Positions 18,286-28,910 of a DNA stretch of 64,000 nt are shown here, piece by piece. Source of the stretch: Streptomyces sp. NPDC020983 (GTDB lineage: Bacteria; Actinomycetota; Actinomycetes; Streptomycetales; Streptomycetaceae); assembly GCF_044333485.1 (NCBI RefSeq), contig NZ_JBIRRA010000007.1:235730-299729 (forward strand). Reading direction: 5' to 3'. Under the pieces are notes generated by a model that was not told where the DNA came from, ran no database searches, and saw only the letters and a list, made by a program, of their open reading frames with translations. How positions within the stretch are numbered: the stretch's first letter is position 1; each line of letters begins with the position of its first letter. The position numbers and the translations under genes are program-made.

Positions 18286-19383
18286 TCAGTACCTGAGCAC
18301 CGCCGCCACGTGCCCGACCTCGGCCAGCTCGCCGTCCGGCACGAAGCGCACCCGCGCACCCGTGTCCAGCGCCTGTTCGGCGATCTCGTCGACGATGTCG
18401 TCCCTGGCCCCCCGGTCGCCCGCCGCGGCCGGGACCAGGTGGTCGCCGTCGTCGCGGACCGTCGTGCGGTAGCCGTCCTCGATCGCCACCAGCGCCACCC
18501 TGGCCTCCGCCACCGACTGCCACACCTCGTCCACGCCGCCCGCGAAGGCCTTCCGGCTCCGGGCCTGGTCCAGCTCGGAGAGCACCTCGCCGACCTCCTC
18601 CGCGGCCCGCCGCCCCGCGGCCTCGGCGAGCGCCTGGCGGAGCGCCTCGGCCGGGCCCTCGGCCAGCCCGCCCTGCACGATCCGCCCGGCGGACTCCTTG
18701 ACCAGCTTGCCCGCGTCGTCCAGCGCGGCCAGCGCCTCCGCCTCGCCGACGACGTAGAGCGGCTGCGGGTCGGCGGCGAGGACGACACCGGCCTGCTCGG
18801 TCACCTCGCGCAGGAACTGCCGGGTGGTCTCGTCGTTGAAGATGCTCGGCGTGTCGCCGATGCGCTCCTCGCGCTCGGGGTCGAAGTCCTCCTGCGGGCG
18901 CCGGACCGGGAAGGCCCCGGTGACCTGCTCGGGCGCCCGGCCCTTGGACCCGCTCCACATGGTGGCGACGTCCGCGGACAGCGCCAGGATCCAGTACGGC
19001 TGGTTCGCCACGTGCGCGGCCACCAGGTTCCGCGTCAGGAAGGTCTGCGCGAGCAGCACCCGGGCCGGCACGGTGCGGGCGAGCGTCCACACCTGGTGCT
19101 CGCCGGGCGCGGCGAAGATCGCCAGCCCGTCCTCGGCGTGCACCAGGTCGACCTCGCCGAGGGCCTGGTCGAGCTGCCCGATCACGTCGATCCGGTCCGA
19201 CCGCGAGACCTCGGGGTCGTTGTGCACCGCGTCCTTGGCCTCCTCCAGCAGATTGCGCAGCCGTACGGCGTCCTGCGCGTTGTCCGGCTCGCGGCGGTGG
19301 GTGGGAAGCAGGATCGAGACGGCCGGATACGGCCGCGGGCGGCGCAGGTCGGCGAGGATGGCGGGGCTGATCGGCGCGTGCAT
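18286..19383 (-). CDS. Hypothetical protein, possibly bacterial eRF1-like (baeRF-type) domain protein
   Basis: A 365-aa soluble acidic protein. The family assignment is from recall of similar Streptomyces hypothetical proteins, not from a search. Confidence 0.55.
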   Translation of the reverse strand: MHAPISPAILADLRRPRPYPAVSILLPTHRREPDNAQDAVRLRNLLEEAKDAVHNDPEVSRSDRIDVIGQLDQALGEVDLVHAEDGLAIFAAPGEHQVWTLARTVPARVLLAQTFLTRNLVAAHVANQPYWILALSADVATMWSGSKGRAPEQVTGAFPVRRPQEDFDPEREERIGDTPSIFNDETTRQFLREVTEQAGVVLAADPQPLYVVGEAEALAALDDAGKLVKESAGRIVQGGLAEGPAEALRQALAEAAGRRAAEEVGEVLSELDQARSRKAFAGGVDEVWQSVAEARVALVAIEDGYRTTVRDDGDHLVPAAAGDRGARDDIVDEIAEQALDTGARVRFVPDGELAEVGHVAAVLRY

Positions 19384-19621
19384 GTCGGTGCCCTTTCGGC
19401 GGCTGCAACATCTGCCGGAGACGTCCCCCGGGGCGTCTCGTCGCTCCTTCCTGGATATCTCAATGTGCCGACCGGCGCAGCTTGTGGGCGCGCCGTCGCC
19501 GCCCGGCCCGGGTGCCGCCGCCCGTCACCCGGACGCCCGCCGGGCGCTGCGGGCGCCGCCAGGGGCCCGCAGGGTGAGGCCAGGACCGGGCCCGCGGCCC
19601 GCGCAGCAGAAAGGGGACCCC

Positions 19622-20209
19622 GTGACCCGACACCGGACACACGTGCCGGCCGCCGGCCGGCTGCGCGCCGGGCTCGCCGCCGCGCTCGTCACCGCCTGCG
19701 CGGGCGCGCTCGCGCTGCTCACCGGCTGCGACGACTCCTCGGGCGGCGGTTCCCCGTCCGGCACCGGGCTGCCGTCGGCGGTGCGCTCGGCGGTCTCCAG
19801 CGGGGCGGCCGCCGCCTCGTCCGCGGCGTCCTCGGCCGCCGCGGCGGCCTCCGGCTTCGCCGCCTCGGCCGGCGCGGGCGCCGCCGGGGCCACCGCGTCC
19901 TTCGACGCCGCCCTCGCCAGGGCCGCGGGCCAGGGCAACGCGATCGACTCCGTCCAGCTCACCAGCGTGCCGACCGCACGGACCGGAGGCCTGAACGCGG
20001 TCGTCGTCGGCATGGCGAACAACACCGCCGAGACCGCGTCCTACGCGGTGAAGGTGGAGTTCACCGACTCCACCGGGCACGTCGTGGACAGCTCCGTCGT
20101 CGGCGCCACCGGCGTCGCCGCGGGAAGGAGCGCCCAGGCCATCGCCTTCACCACCGAGGACCGCGGCACCGTGCTCACGCCGCGGGTCGCCAAGGCCCAG
20201 CGCTTCTGA
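19622..20209 (+). CDS. Lipoprotein with Ala/Ser-rich linker
   Basis: GTG at 19622 follows AAAGGGGA. Signal peptide with lipobox LLTGC, followed by a low-complexity linker and a roughly 90-aa globular C-terminus. Confidence 0.55.
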   Translation: MTRHRTHVPAAGRLRAGLAAALVTACAGALALLTGCDDSSGGGSPSGTGLPSAVRSAVSSGAAAASSAASSAAAAASGFAASAGAGAAGATASFDAALARAAGQGNAIDSVQLTSVPTARTGGLNAVVVGMANNTAETASYAVKVEFTDSTGHVVDSSVVGATGVAAGRSAQAIAFTTEDRGTVLTPRVAKAQRF

Positions 20210-20242
20210 CCTCCCCGTCCCCTGCCGCCCGGTTCGGCCGAA

Positions 20243-21415
20243 GTGCCGCCCGGGGGGCCGCTGCTGACGCCTCCGTCCCCGTGTGCGAAGCTTCCGACTT
20301 CGGGGCGAGGGGAGGCGGCGGTGGACGGGCAGGACGCCACAGCCGGGACGGACGGGCAGGCTGCGGCAGGGACACGGCGCCCCACCGCGGCGCGGCCCAC
20401 CGCGCGGGGGAGCAGGACGGCCGCGGCGGGCACCGCGCTGGCCCTGGTCGCCGCCGCGGGCACCGCGCTGGGCGCGGTGCTGCTGCGCCCGGGAGGCTCG
20501 CTGCTGGCCAAGAGCGGCGGGCCGCTGGACAGCACTCCGGCCGTCATCCTGCTCGCGCTGGGCGCGCTCGGCGCCGGGCTGCTGGCGGCCTCCCGCTACC
20601 GGACCCGCGTCGCCCGCCACCGCTACGACCTGCCGCCCCTCGAACAGCGGCTCTCCGACGCCGTGAGCGTCACCCTGGTCGCCGCCGCCTTCGTGGTGCC
20701 CCTGCTGCTGCTCCTCAAGCACCCCTTCCCGCACTCCTCGGCCAGGCAGCCGCAGGAGGCCCCGGCCACCGTCCTCAAGGGCACCTTCAGCCCCGCGCCG
20801 GTCCACACCCGTCCGTCGCACGAGCCGGGGCACGGGCCGTCGATCACCATCCCGCACCTGGTGGTCGTGCTGGCCGTCGCGGCGCTCGCCGCCGTCCTGC
20901 TCGTCGCGGGCTACAGGCTCTGGAAGCAGCTCCGCCGGCCCGCCGCGCAGGAGGCCGCAGGGCCGCACACGCACGAGCCCGACGAGCAGGAGGCGCTCGC
21001 CGACGCCGTCGACTCCGGCCGCCGCGCGCTGCTCGGCGACGGCGACCCGCGCGCCGCCGTCATCGCCTGCTACGCCGCCATGGAGCGGTCCCTGGCCGGA
21101 TCCGGCGTCGCCCGCCGCGCCTCGGACAGCCCGCAGGACCTGCTGGAGCGCGCCGCCGGCCGCGGCCTGCTCGGCGGCCCGCACGCCGCGGACCTGACCG
21201 CGCTCTTCCGTGAGGCCCGCTACTCCTCGCACCCCATGGACACCACCCATCGCGACCGCGCCGCTGCCGCGCTGGACGCCATCGCCGCCCAGCTCGCCGA
21301 GGCCGCCGCGCGCGAGGCGGAGGCAGCCGAGGCGGCCGACGGGGACCCTGCGACGGCGCCCGGCGACCGCCCGCAGGACCGCGGACCGCGTCCGGCGACG
21401 GGAGCCCACCGGTGA
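20243..21415 (+). CDS. DUF4129-type membrane protein (first gene of the MoxR/DUF58 operon)
   Basis: TM segments and a C-terminal region typical of DUF4129 proteins that precede MoxR-DUF58 pairs. The stop overlaps the next start (GTGA). Confidence 0.55.
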   Translation: MPPGGPLLTPPSPCAKLPTSGRGEAAVDGQDATAGTDGQAAAGTRRPTAARPTARGSRTAAAGTALALVAAAGTALGAVLLRPGGSLLAKSGGPLDSTPAVILLALGALGAGLLAASRYRTRVARHRYDLPPLEQRLSDAVSVTLVAAAFVVPLLLLLKHPFPHSSARQPQEAPATVLKGTFSPAPVHTRPSHEPGHGPSITIPHLVVVLAVAALAAVLLVAGYRLWKQLRRPAAQEAAGPHTHEPDEQEALADAVDSGRRALLGDGDPRAAVIACYAAMERSLAGSGVARRASDSPQDLLERAAGRGLLGGPHAADLTALFREARYSSHPMDTTHRDRAAAALDAIAAQLAEAAAREAEAAEAADGDPATAPGDRPQDRGPRPATGAHR

Positions 21416-21927
21416 ACGAGCCGCCCAGGTCCGGAGCCCCCGGCTCCGTGCGCCACTCCCTGCTGCTGCTGGGCGCGGCCGGGGTCGCCGCCGTCGTCCT
21501 GCTCGCCCTCGCCGAAGGGCCGGCCGGCGCCGCCGCCGCGCTGGCCGTGTGCACCGTCGCGGGCCTCGCCGTCGCCCGCTACGCCACCGGGGCGAACGCC
21601 CAGGACAGCGGCTTCCGGCGGAACGTACGGCTGCTCGGGAGCCGCGCCCCCGCGCTGGGCGAGTGGCAGCGCATCGTCGACAAGTCGACCGGCGAGGGCG
21701 CCGACGTGCACTTCGTCGCCACGCTCCGCCCGCAGCTCCAGCGGCTCTTCGCCGCACGGCTCGCCGAGCGGCACGGCGTGCACCTGCACCGCCACCCCGA
21801 GCGGGCCAGGGCCCTGGTCGGCGCCGACCTGTGGCCCTGGATCGACCCGCACCACCGCCCCGCGCGGCGGCCCGACCACCCCGAGCGGGTGCTGCGCGCC
21901 CTGCTCGACCGGCTGGAGGCGCTGTGA
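21412..21927 (+). CDS. Hypothetical small membrane protein
   Basis: The GTG start overlaps the upstream stop (GTGA). It has one N-terminal hydrophobic stretch. Confidence 0.5.
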   Translation: MNEPPRSGAPGSVRHSLLLLGAAGVAAVVLLALAEGPAGAAAALAVCTVAGLAVARYATGANAQDSGFRRNVRLLGSRAPALGEWQRIVDKSTGEGADVHFVATLRPQLQRLFAARLAERHGVHLHRHPERARALVGADLWPWIDPHHRPARRPDHPERVLRALLDRLEAL

Positions 21928-21981
21928 CCGCGCCCGCGCCCCGCCGCCCGTCCCACGTCCAGGCAAGGTGAGGAACCGCAC

Positions 21982-22988
<1,007 letters not shown>

Positions 22989-22992
<4 letters not shown>

Positions 22993-24335
22993 CGTCCGCG
23001 ACCGGCCGGTCCGCGGCCGTCGAGCGGGCGCTCGGCGGCCGCGACGCCTCCGGCGACGGGCCCACCGAGCCGCCGAGCCCGCCGCCGGCCGGCTGGCGGG
23101 CCTCGGAGAGCGCGCTGCGGTACGGCACCGTCGCGGCCGTGGCCGTCGCCGCCGCCCTGGTCACCGGGCACGCCTGGCTGCTCGCGGCGGCGGCCGCACC
23201 GCTCGCACTGCTCGCCCTGGCGCTGCCCGCCGGCACCCGGCCGCGGCGTGTCGATCCGGTCGTGGACGTCCAGCCGCGCCGCTGCTTCGAGGGCGAGCAG
23301 CTCACCGCGACCGTCACCCTCGGCCTGGACGGCACCGCGGGCCGCCTCGACCCGGGCGTCACGCCCGGCCCCGGCCTGCGCCTCGACGACCTCAGGACCG
23401 GCCCGCGGCACCTCACCCTCGTCCTCACGGCCGAGCGCTGGGGCCGCTGGAGCGTCGGCACGGTCGACGTCGACGTGTACGACGCGGGCGGCGCCGCCCG
23501 CCGCACCGTCCGCGTCGACCTGGGCGAGGTCGCCGTCTTCCCCGTCCCCAGCGCCGCCGGGGTCACCCCCATCCCGGTCCGGCTGCCGCAGCGGCTCGGC
23601 GAGCACACCTCGGTGCAGCGCGGCGAGGGCGTCGAGGTCACCGGCGTCCACCCGTACGTCGTCGGCGACCGGCAGCGGCGCATCCACTGGCCCGCGACCA
23701 CCCGCCGCGGCGAGTTGCAGCTCCACCAGTTCGCCGCGGAGAAGGCCTCCGACACCGTCGTCCTGCTCGACGTGCTCGCCGACGTCCGCGACCCGGCGAC
23801 CGGCACGTCCTCGCTCGACGAGACCTTCCGCGCCGCGGCCGGACTCGTGCGCGCCTACCTGCGCACCCACGACCGCATCGGCGTCGTCTCGGTCGGCGGC
23901 GCGACCCGCTGGCTCCAGCCGGGCAGCGGCGGCACGTACTTCTACCGGATCTTGGAGAGCGTCCTCGACGTCCGCAAGGACCTCGGCTACCGCACGGCCG
24001 GCCTGCGCCGGCTCCCACCGCCCGCGCTTCCCGAGAACGCGCTCGTCTACGTCTTCACACCGCTCACCGACCAGCGGATCCTCGACGTCCTCGACCAGAT
24101 CAGGGCGCGGGCCAACCCGCTGGTCGTGGTGGAGATCCCCAGCGGCGACCCGGCCGTCGACCCCGGCGACACCAGCGCCCAGCTCGCCCTGCGGCTGTGG
24201 CGCGCCGACCGGGAGGCGCTGCGCTTCGCGCTCACCGAACGCGGCATCGCCGTCGTCACGCACACCCCCGGCGAGACCCTCGACCTCGCGCTCGCACCGC
24301 TGCTGCGCACCCGGATCCGCGGAGGAAGCCGATGA
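22989..24335 (+). CDS. DUF58 domain protein (MoxR partner, VWA-like)
   Basis: ATGA overlap with moxR. Conserved DUF58 segment HWPATTRRGELQLHQFAAEKASDTVVLLD. Confidence 0.8.
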
Positions 24336-24856
24336 GCCGCACACCGGACGCCCACCGGCTGACCGCCCGCGTCCTCGGCGCCGCGCTCGCGGCCGCCGCC
24401 TGCAACCCGCCGCGCACCGTGACCGGACCGCGGATCGGCTGGCTCCTCGTCGCCGCCGCCGTGGCCGCGGCGTGGTGGGCCGCGCCGATGCTCGACACCC
24501 GGCCGGTGCTGTCGTCGATGCGGTGGAAGGACGTCGCCGCCCACCGCCGCAACACGCTGCTGCCCGCGGGGGCGGTGGTGCTCGCCGCGCTCACCGCACC
24601 CGCGGCGTGGCTGGCCGCGTGCGTGGTCGGCCTGCTGGCCGCGTACCTCCTCGTCACGGACGCCTGGACGATGAGCGCGGCCGCGCCGCCGGGCACGGAC
24701 CGGCTGCGCCCGGCGGCCGCCGCGGCCGCGGCCTGCGCCGTGACCTTCGCCGCCGCCCAGGCCCCGCTGGCCGACACGTCCTGGGCCCGCCTCCCGGCGG
24801 CCCTCGCCGTGGCGGCGACCACCACCTGCGTCGCACTGGCCCTGCGCCACCGCTGA
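24332..24856 (+). CDS. Hypothetical polytopic membrane protein (last gene of the MoxR operon)
   Basis: ATGA overlap with the DUF58 gene. About four hydrophobic segments. Confidence 0.5.
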   Translation: MSRTPDAHRLTARVLGAALAAAACNPPRTVTGPRIGWLLVAAAVAAAWWAAPMLDTRPVLSSMRWKDVAAHRRNTLLPAGAVVLAALTAPAAWLAACVVGLLAAYLLVTDAWTMSAAAPPGTDRLRPAAAAAAACAVTFAAAQAPLADTSWARLPAALAVAATTTCVALALRHR

Positions 24857-25447
24857 CGCCGGGCCTCACGGCTCTCCGCCGCCCGCGCGCAGGCAGACCC
24901 GCGCGGGGCGCGCCGCTGCGGCCGGTTCCCCGGCGCCGGAACCGTTTCCGTACGGCCGTTCCCGGCAAGGCGCAGCACAGGCCGGGAGAACCGGTGGCGG
25001 ATCGCGGGAGAGGAACCGCCGGACGAGCCTCCGCCACCGCAGGCCGTCGCCGGCAGCGCCGTCACGGCGATCAGCGGACCGGCGAGTGCTGTGCGCTTCA
25101 TCTGCCCCCCCGTTTCCACGACGTCCGACCGGGTCCAGCAGGACGACGGACTGCTCAAGCGATTCAGTTCCGGAACACCCGCACTGCCGGCAGGGGGTTG
25201 CTGGCCGGTAAAGACGCCGATTCGGTGCTGGTGGTTTGGCGTGAGACGCGAGACCGGTGCGTACGGCCGCCCGCGCTGGGGTAAGTTGGGCGCCGACCGG
25301 CGGCGAGGCCGCCGGCGCGTGCCACGACTTGCAGGGGGAGGTGGGACCGATCACCGCGCGTACGCACCGCACGTTCCCGCCGTACGGCCGCGGCTCCGGG
25401 GCTTCCTGACCGGTCCGCAGGCCGCCGCACCCCGCCGAGAGGCCGCC

Positions 25448-26293
25448 ATGCCGCACACCCCGGAAACCGCCGGGCCCCCGCCCGCGCCGCCCGCCCCGCA
25501 GACCTCGCACGCCGCCGTCACCGCCCGGCTCAGGGCCGCGGGCTGCGTCTTCGCCGAGGACGAGGCCCGCATCATCCTGGACACCGCCGCCACGCCCGCC
25601 GAGGCCGCCGTGATGACCGCCGAGCGCGCCGCCGGGAGGCCGCTCGAACACGTCGTCGGCTGGGCCGAGTTCTGCTCCCTGCGGATCGAGGTCGGGGCGG
25701 GGGTGTTCGTCCCCCGCCGGCGTACCGAGCTGCTGGTGCGCGAGGCCGTTGCGCTCGGCCGCGGCGCGCTCGCCGCGCGCGGGCGGGTCGTCGTGGTCGA
25801 CCTGTGCTGCGGTTCCGGCGCGGTCGGCGCCGCGCTCGCCGCGGCCCTCGGCCGTACCGAACTGCACGCCGCCGACCTCGACCCGGCGGCGGTCGCCTGC
25901 GCGGCCCGCAACATCGCCGCCGCCGGCGGCCGGGTCCACCGCGGCGACCTCTTCGCGGCGCTGCCGGACGCGCTGCGCGGCACGGTCGACGTGCTGGCCG
26001 CCAACGTGCCCTACGTGCCCACCGGTGCCGTCGCGCTGCTGCCCTCCGAGGCCCGCGACCACGAGGCCCGTATCGCCCTCGACGGCGGGCCCGACGGTCT
26101 CGACGTGCTGCGCAGGGTCGCCGCCGACGCCGCACGGTGGCTGGCCCCCGGCGGCTCGGTCCTGGTCGAGGCGGGCGAGCGGCAGGCGGACACGGCCGCG
26201 GGCATCCTCGCGGAGGGCGGGCTGCTCGCCCGTACCGTCACGGACGACGACCTCGGCGCGACGGCCGTCGTCGGCACCCGGCCGCCGCGCTGA
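25448..26293 (+). CDS. Class-I SAM-dependent methyltransferase, HemK/PrmC-like (putative protein N5-glutamine methyltransferase)
   Basis: SAM-binding VVDLCCGSGAVG and the NVPY motif (LAANVPYVP) characteristic of N5-glutamine / N6-adenine methyltransferases. Confidence 0.75.
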   Translation: MPHTPETAGPPPAPPAPQTSHAAVTARLRAAGCVFAEDEARIILDTAATPAEAAVMTAERAAGRPLEHVVGWAEFCSLRIEVGAGVFVPRRRTELLVREAVALGRGALAARGRVVVVDLCCGSGAVGAALAAALGRTELHAADLDPAAVACAARNIAAAGGRVHRGDLFAALPDALRGTVDVLAANVPYVPTGAVALLPSEARDHEARIALDGGPDGLDVLRRVAADAARWLAPGGSVLVEAGERQADTAAGILAEGGLLARTVTDDDLGATAVVGTRPPR

Positions 26294-26298
26294 ACGGC

Positions 26299-26338
26299 GA
26301 AGGCCCGTGCCCCGGCAGCAGCCGGGGCACGGGCCTTC
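26299..26338. terminator. Perfect 17-bp-stem hairpin, bidirectional intrinsic terminator between convergent genes
   Basis: GAAGGCCCGTGCCCCGG-cagcag-CCGGGGCACGGGCCTTC, lying between the methyltransferase stop and the NiCoT stop. Confidence 0.6.
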
Positions 26339-26353
26339 GCCGCCGCCGCGCGG

Positions 26354-27487
26354 TCAGTCCGGCTGCTCCGCGGCGCGCAGCCCGGACGACCACTTCTCCT
26401 CGATGTTGCCGAACTTCCAGACCGCCACCGCCACCGCCCAGGTGGCGAAGAACAGCCCGACGATCACGTAGCCCACGACGTTGAGGTCCAGGCCGCCCAC
26501 CCAGTCCCAGAAGGCGCCGTGCAGCCCGGCCTTGTCGCTGATCAGGCCCAGCAGCTCCACGGTGCCGATGATGAGCGCGACGGCGACGGACAGGCCGGTG
26601 ATGGTGAGGTTGTAGTAGACCTTGCGGACGGGCTTGGAGAAGGCCCACTCGTAGGCGAAGTTCATGAACGAGCCGTCGATCGTGTCCAGCAGGCACATGC
26701 CCGCCGCGAACAGCACCGGCAGGCACAGGATCGCGTACCACGGCAGCCCGGAGGCGGCGCCGGAGCCGGCCAGCACCAGCAGGGCGATCTCGGTCGCGGT
26801 GTCGAAGCCGAGGCCGAACAGCAGCCCCAGCGGGTACATCTGCCAGGGCTTGGTGATCGACTTCATCACCCGGCCGAGCAGCCGGTTCATGAAGCCGCGG
26901 TTGTTCAGGTGCTCCTCCAGCGCCGCCTCGTCGAAGTGCCCGCCGCGCATCTGCCGGAAGACCTTCCAGATCCCGGCCAGGATCAGCAGGTTGATGAACG
27001 CGATGGCGTAGAGGAACGTGCCGGAGACCGTGGTGCCGATCCAGCCGGTGACGGTGTGCAGCTGCGAGTCGTCGTTCTCGACCGGGTCGGACAGCGACCT
27101 GACGCCCAGCGACAGCAGCACCGCCAGCCCGAAGACGATGCTGGAGTGGCCCAGCGAGAACCAGAAGCCCACCGACAGCGGGCGCTCGCCCTCGTGCATG
27201 AGCTTGCGGGTGGTGTTGTCGATCGCCGCGATGTGGTCGGCGTCGAAGGCGTGCCGCATGCCGAGCGTGTACGCGGTCACGCCGATGCCGATGCCGAAGG
27301 ACTTGGTGCCGACGCTGTAGTGCTCCGGCGCCACGATCGCCACCAGCGTGAACCAGCCGATCACGTGGAGGGCGACGATGAATGCCGCCATGCCGCCGAG
27401 CCGGGTCCATTCCGCCCGCGTCATCGAGCGCTTCATCCGTCCCAGACGTGATCCGGCGGGCGCCGGGGCCTCGGTGGTGCTGCTCAT
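26354..27487 (-). CDS. HoxN/HupN/NixA-family high-affinity nickel/cobalt permease (NiCoT)
   Basis: Signature motifs HAFDADHIAAIDN and FSLGHSSIV. Eight TM segments. GGAGGA RBS. Confidence 0.9.
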   Translation of the reverse strand: MSSTTEAPAPAGSRLGRMKRSMTRAEWTRLGGMAAFIVALHVIGWFTLVAIVAPEHYSVGTKSFGIGIGVTAYTLGMRHAFDADHIAAIDNTTRKLMHEGERPLSVGFWFSLGHSSIVFGLAVLLSLGVRSLSDPVENDDSQLHTVTGWIGTTVSGTFLYAIAFINLLILAGIWKVFRQMRGGHFDEAALEEHLNNRGFMNRLLGRVMKSITKPWQMYPLGLLFGLGFDTATEIALLVLAGSGAASGLPWYAILCLPVLFAAGMCLLDTIDGSFMNFAYEWAFSKPVRKVYYNLTITGLSVAVALIIGTVELLGLISDKAGLHGAFWDWVGGLDLNVVGYVIVGLFFATWAVAVAVWKFGNIEEKWSSGLRAAEQPD

Positions 27488-27539
27488 TCCTTCGTCCTCC
27501 GGAGCGGCCGGTGTGGTGCCTTTCGCATCAGACTACTAG

Positions 27540-27556
27540 TTGCGAACCATGTGCAA
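27540..27556. promoter_or_regulatory. Nur/Fur-like box candidate TTGCGA-N5-GTGCAA upstream of the NiCoT gene
   Basis: Resembles the Streptomyces Nur consensus tTGCaa-N5-tTGCAA with two mismatches. Lies 53 bp upstream of the NiCoT ATG. Confidence 0.3.
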
Positions 27557-27639
27557 TAGGCCGCCCCGGGCCCCGGAGACCTTGATCACATCCGGAGAAG
27601 CCCTGGTGATCGCCGATCCGTGCTGATTGACGCATGACA

Positions 27640-27775
27640 GAACGGAGCCCTACGCTCACCGGGTAGTGATGGCATGGGGAAGCCGGTGAGACTCCGGCAC
27701 GGTCGCGCCACTGTGATCCCGCCGCCTCCGGGCGAGACGGGCAGTCAGATACCCGCCCGTCACGACGCCCAGCAG
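27640..27775 (+). promoter_or_regulatory. Cobalamin (B12) riboswitch
   Basis: Conserved core GGGAAGCCGGTGAGACTCCGGCACGGTCGCGCCACTGTGA and a B12-box-like GGGCAGTCAGATACCCGCC. Sits upstream of cbtB in the sense orientation. Confidence 0.8.
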
Positions 27776-27810
27776 ACCAGGGACGCACGATCCCCGAAGG
27801 AGGGCTCACC

Positions 27811-28026
27811 TTGAGCAGCATTTCCCCCACCCGCCCCGCCGCCACACCGGTCGTCCTGCCGGTCACCAAGGCCGCGCTGTGGCTCGTCGGCGCCACCGTC
27901 CTCGCACTGCTCGCCTACTACTTCATCGGCGTCGACCAGGGCGCCGTCTCCGTGTTCGGCAAGGACATGCACCTCCACGAGTTCGTCCACGACGCACGCC
28001 ACTTCCTCGGCTTCCCCTGCCACTGA
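27811..28026 (+). CDS. cbtB: Cobalt transporter subunit CbtB
   Basis: A 71-aa protein with one TM and a His-rich C-terminus (HLHEFVHDARHFLGFPCH). TTG start after AGGAGGG. Confidence 0.75.
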   Translation: MSSISPTRPAATPVVLPVTKAALWLVGATVLALLAYYFIGVDQGAVSVFGKDMHLHEFVHDARHFLGFPCH

Positions 28027-28049
28027 CGGCGAGCGACGGACAACTCGGC

Positions 28050-28910
28050 ATGGAGAAGAAACTCGTGCTGCGCGGCGTCCTCGCCGGCGCAGTCGCCGGC
28101 CTGCTCGCCTTCCTCTTCGCCCGCGTCCTGGCCGAGCCGTACATCGGCAGGGCCATGGACTACGAGAAGGGCCGCGACGCCGCCCAGGCCGCCCTCGACA
28201 GGGCCGCCGGGATCGCCCCGGAGGCCGCGGGGTCCGACCTGTTCAGCCGCACCGTCCAGGCCGACGTCGGCATCGGCGTCGGCATGGTCGCCTTCGGCAT
28301 GGCGATGGGCGCGCTCCTCGCCGTCGCCTACACCGCCTGCCTCGGCCGGGTCGGCGGGCTGCGCGCCCGCACCCTCGCCCTGCTCGTGGCGGGCGGCGGA
28401 TTCCTCGGCCTGTACCTGGTGCCGTTCCTGAAGTACCCGGCCAACCCGCCGGCCATCGGCCACGAGGAGACCATCAGGGCCCGCAGCGCCCTCTACCTGA
28501 TCATGGTGGTGTGCTCGGTCGCCTTCCTCGCCGGGGCCGTCTGGCTGGGCCGCCGGCTGCAGGCGCGCTTCGGCAACTGGAACGCCACACTGCTGGCCGG
28601 CGCCGCGTTCGTCGTCGCCATCGGCGCCGTCATGCTGCTCCTGCCGTCGCTCGGGCACCTCGGCTACAACAAGGAGCACTACGGCGACCACGCCACCGAG
28701 ACGCCCCAGCCGCTCACCGACCCCGAGGGGCACATCGTCTTCCCCGGTTTCCCCGCCGACGTCCTCTTCGCCTTCCGCTTCTACTCCGTGGGCGCGCAGC
28801 TCCTGCTGTGGTCCGCGCTCGGCCTGGTCTTCGCGCCGCTCGCCGAACGCGTCCTGCGCCCCGCGGCGGCCGCCGCCCCCGCACGCGGGACGGCGCCGTC
28901 CCCCGCATGA
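28050..28910 (+). CDS. cbtA: Cobalt transporter subunit CbtA
   Basis: A polytopic membrane protein immediately after cbtB, with the conserved His cluster (GHLGYNKEHYGDH). Confidence 0.75.
   Translation: MEKKLVLRGVLAGAVAGLLAFLFARVLAEPYIGRAMDYEKGRDAAQAALDRAAGIAPEAAGSDLFSRTVQADVGIGVGMVAFGMAMGALLAVAYTACLGRVGGLRARTLALLVAGGGFLGLYLVPFLKYPANPPAIGHEETIRARSALYLIMVVCSVAFLAGAVWLGRRLQARFGNWNATLLAGAAFVVAIGAVMLLLPSLGHLGYNKEHYGDHATETPQPLTDPEGHIVFPGFPADVLFAFRFYSVGAQLLLWSALGLVFAPLAERVLRPAAAAAPARGTAPSPA

Noticed and set aside
18310-21757. ORFs 18310-21213 (+, 967 aa) and 19460-21757 (-, 765 aa)
   Set aside because: They overlap four credible genes in other frames and consist of RG/PA low-complexity sequence with no domains.
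24866-26062. 398-aa ORF on the minus strand opposite the methyltransferase gene
   Set aside because: It is antisense to a well-supported SAM methyltransferase, with no domain signal. Only the short lipoprotein-signal fragment at 25005-25100 was kept as a curiosity.
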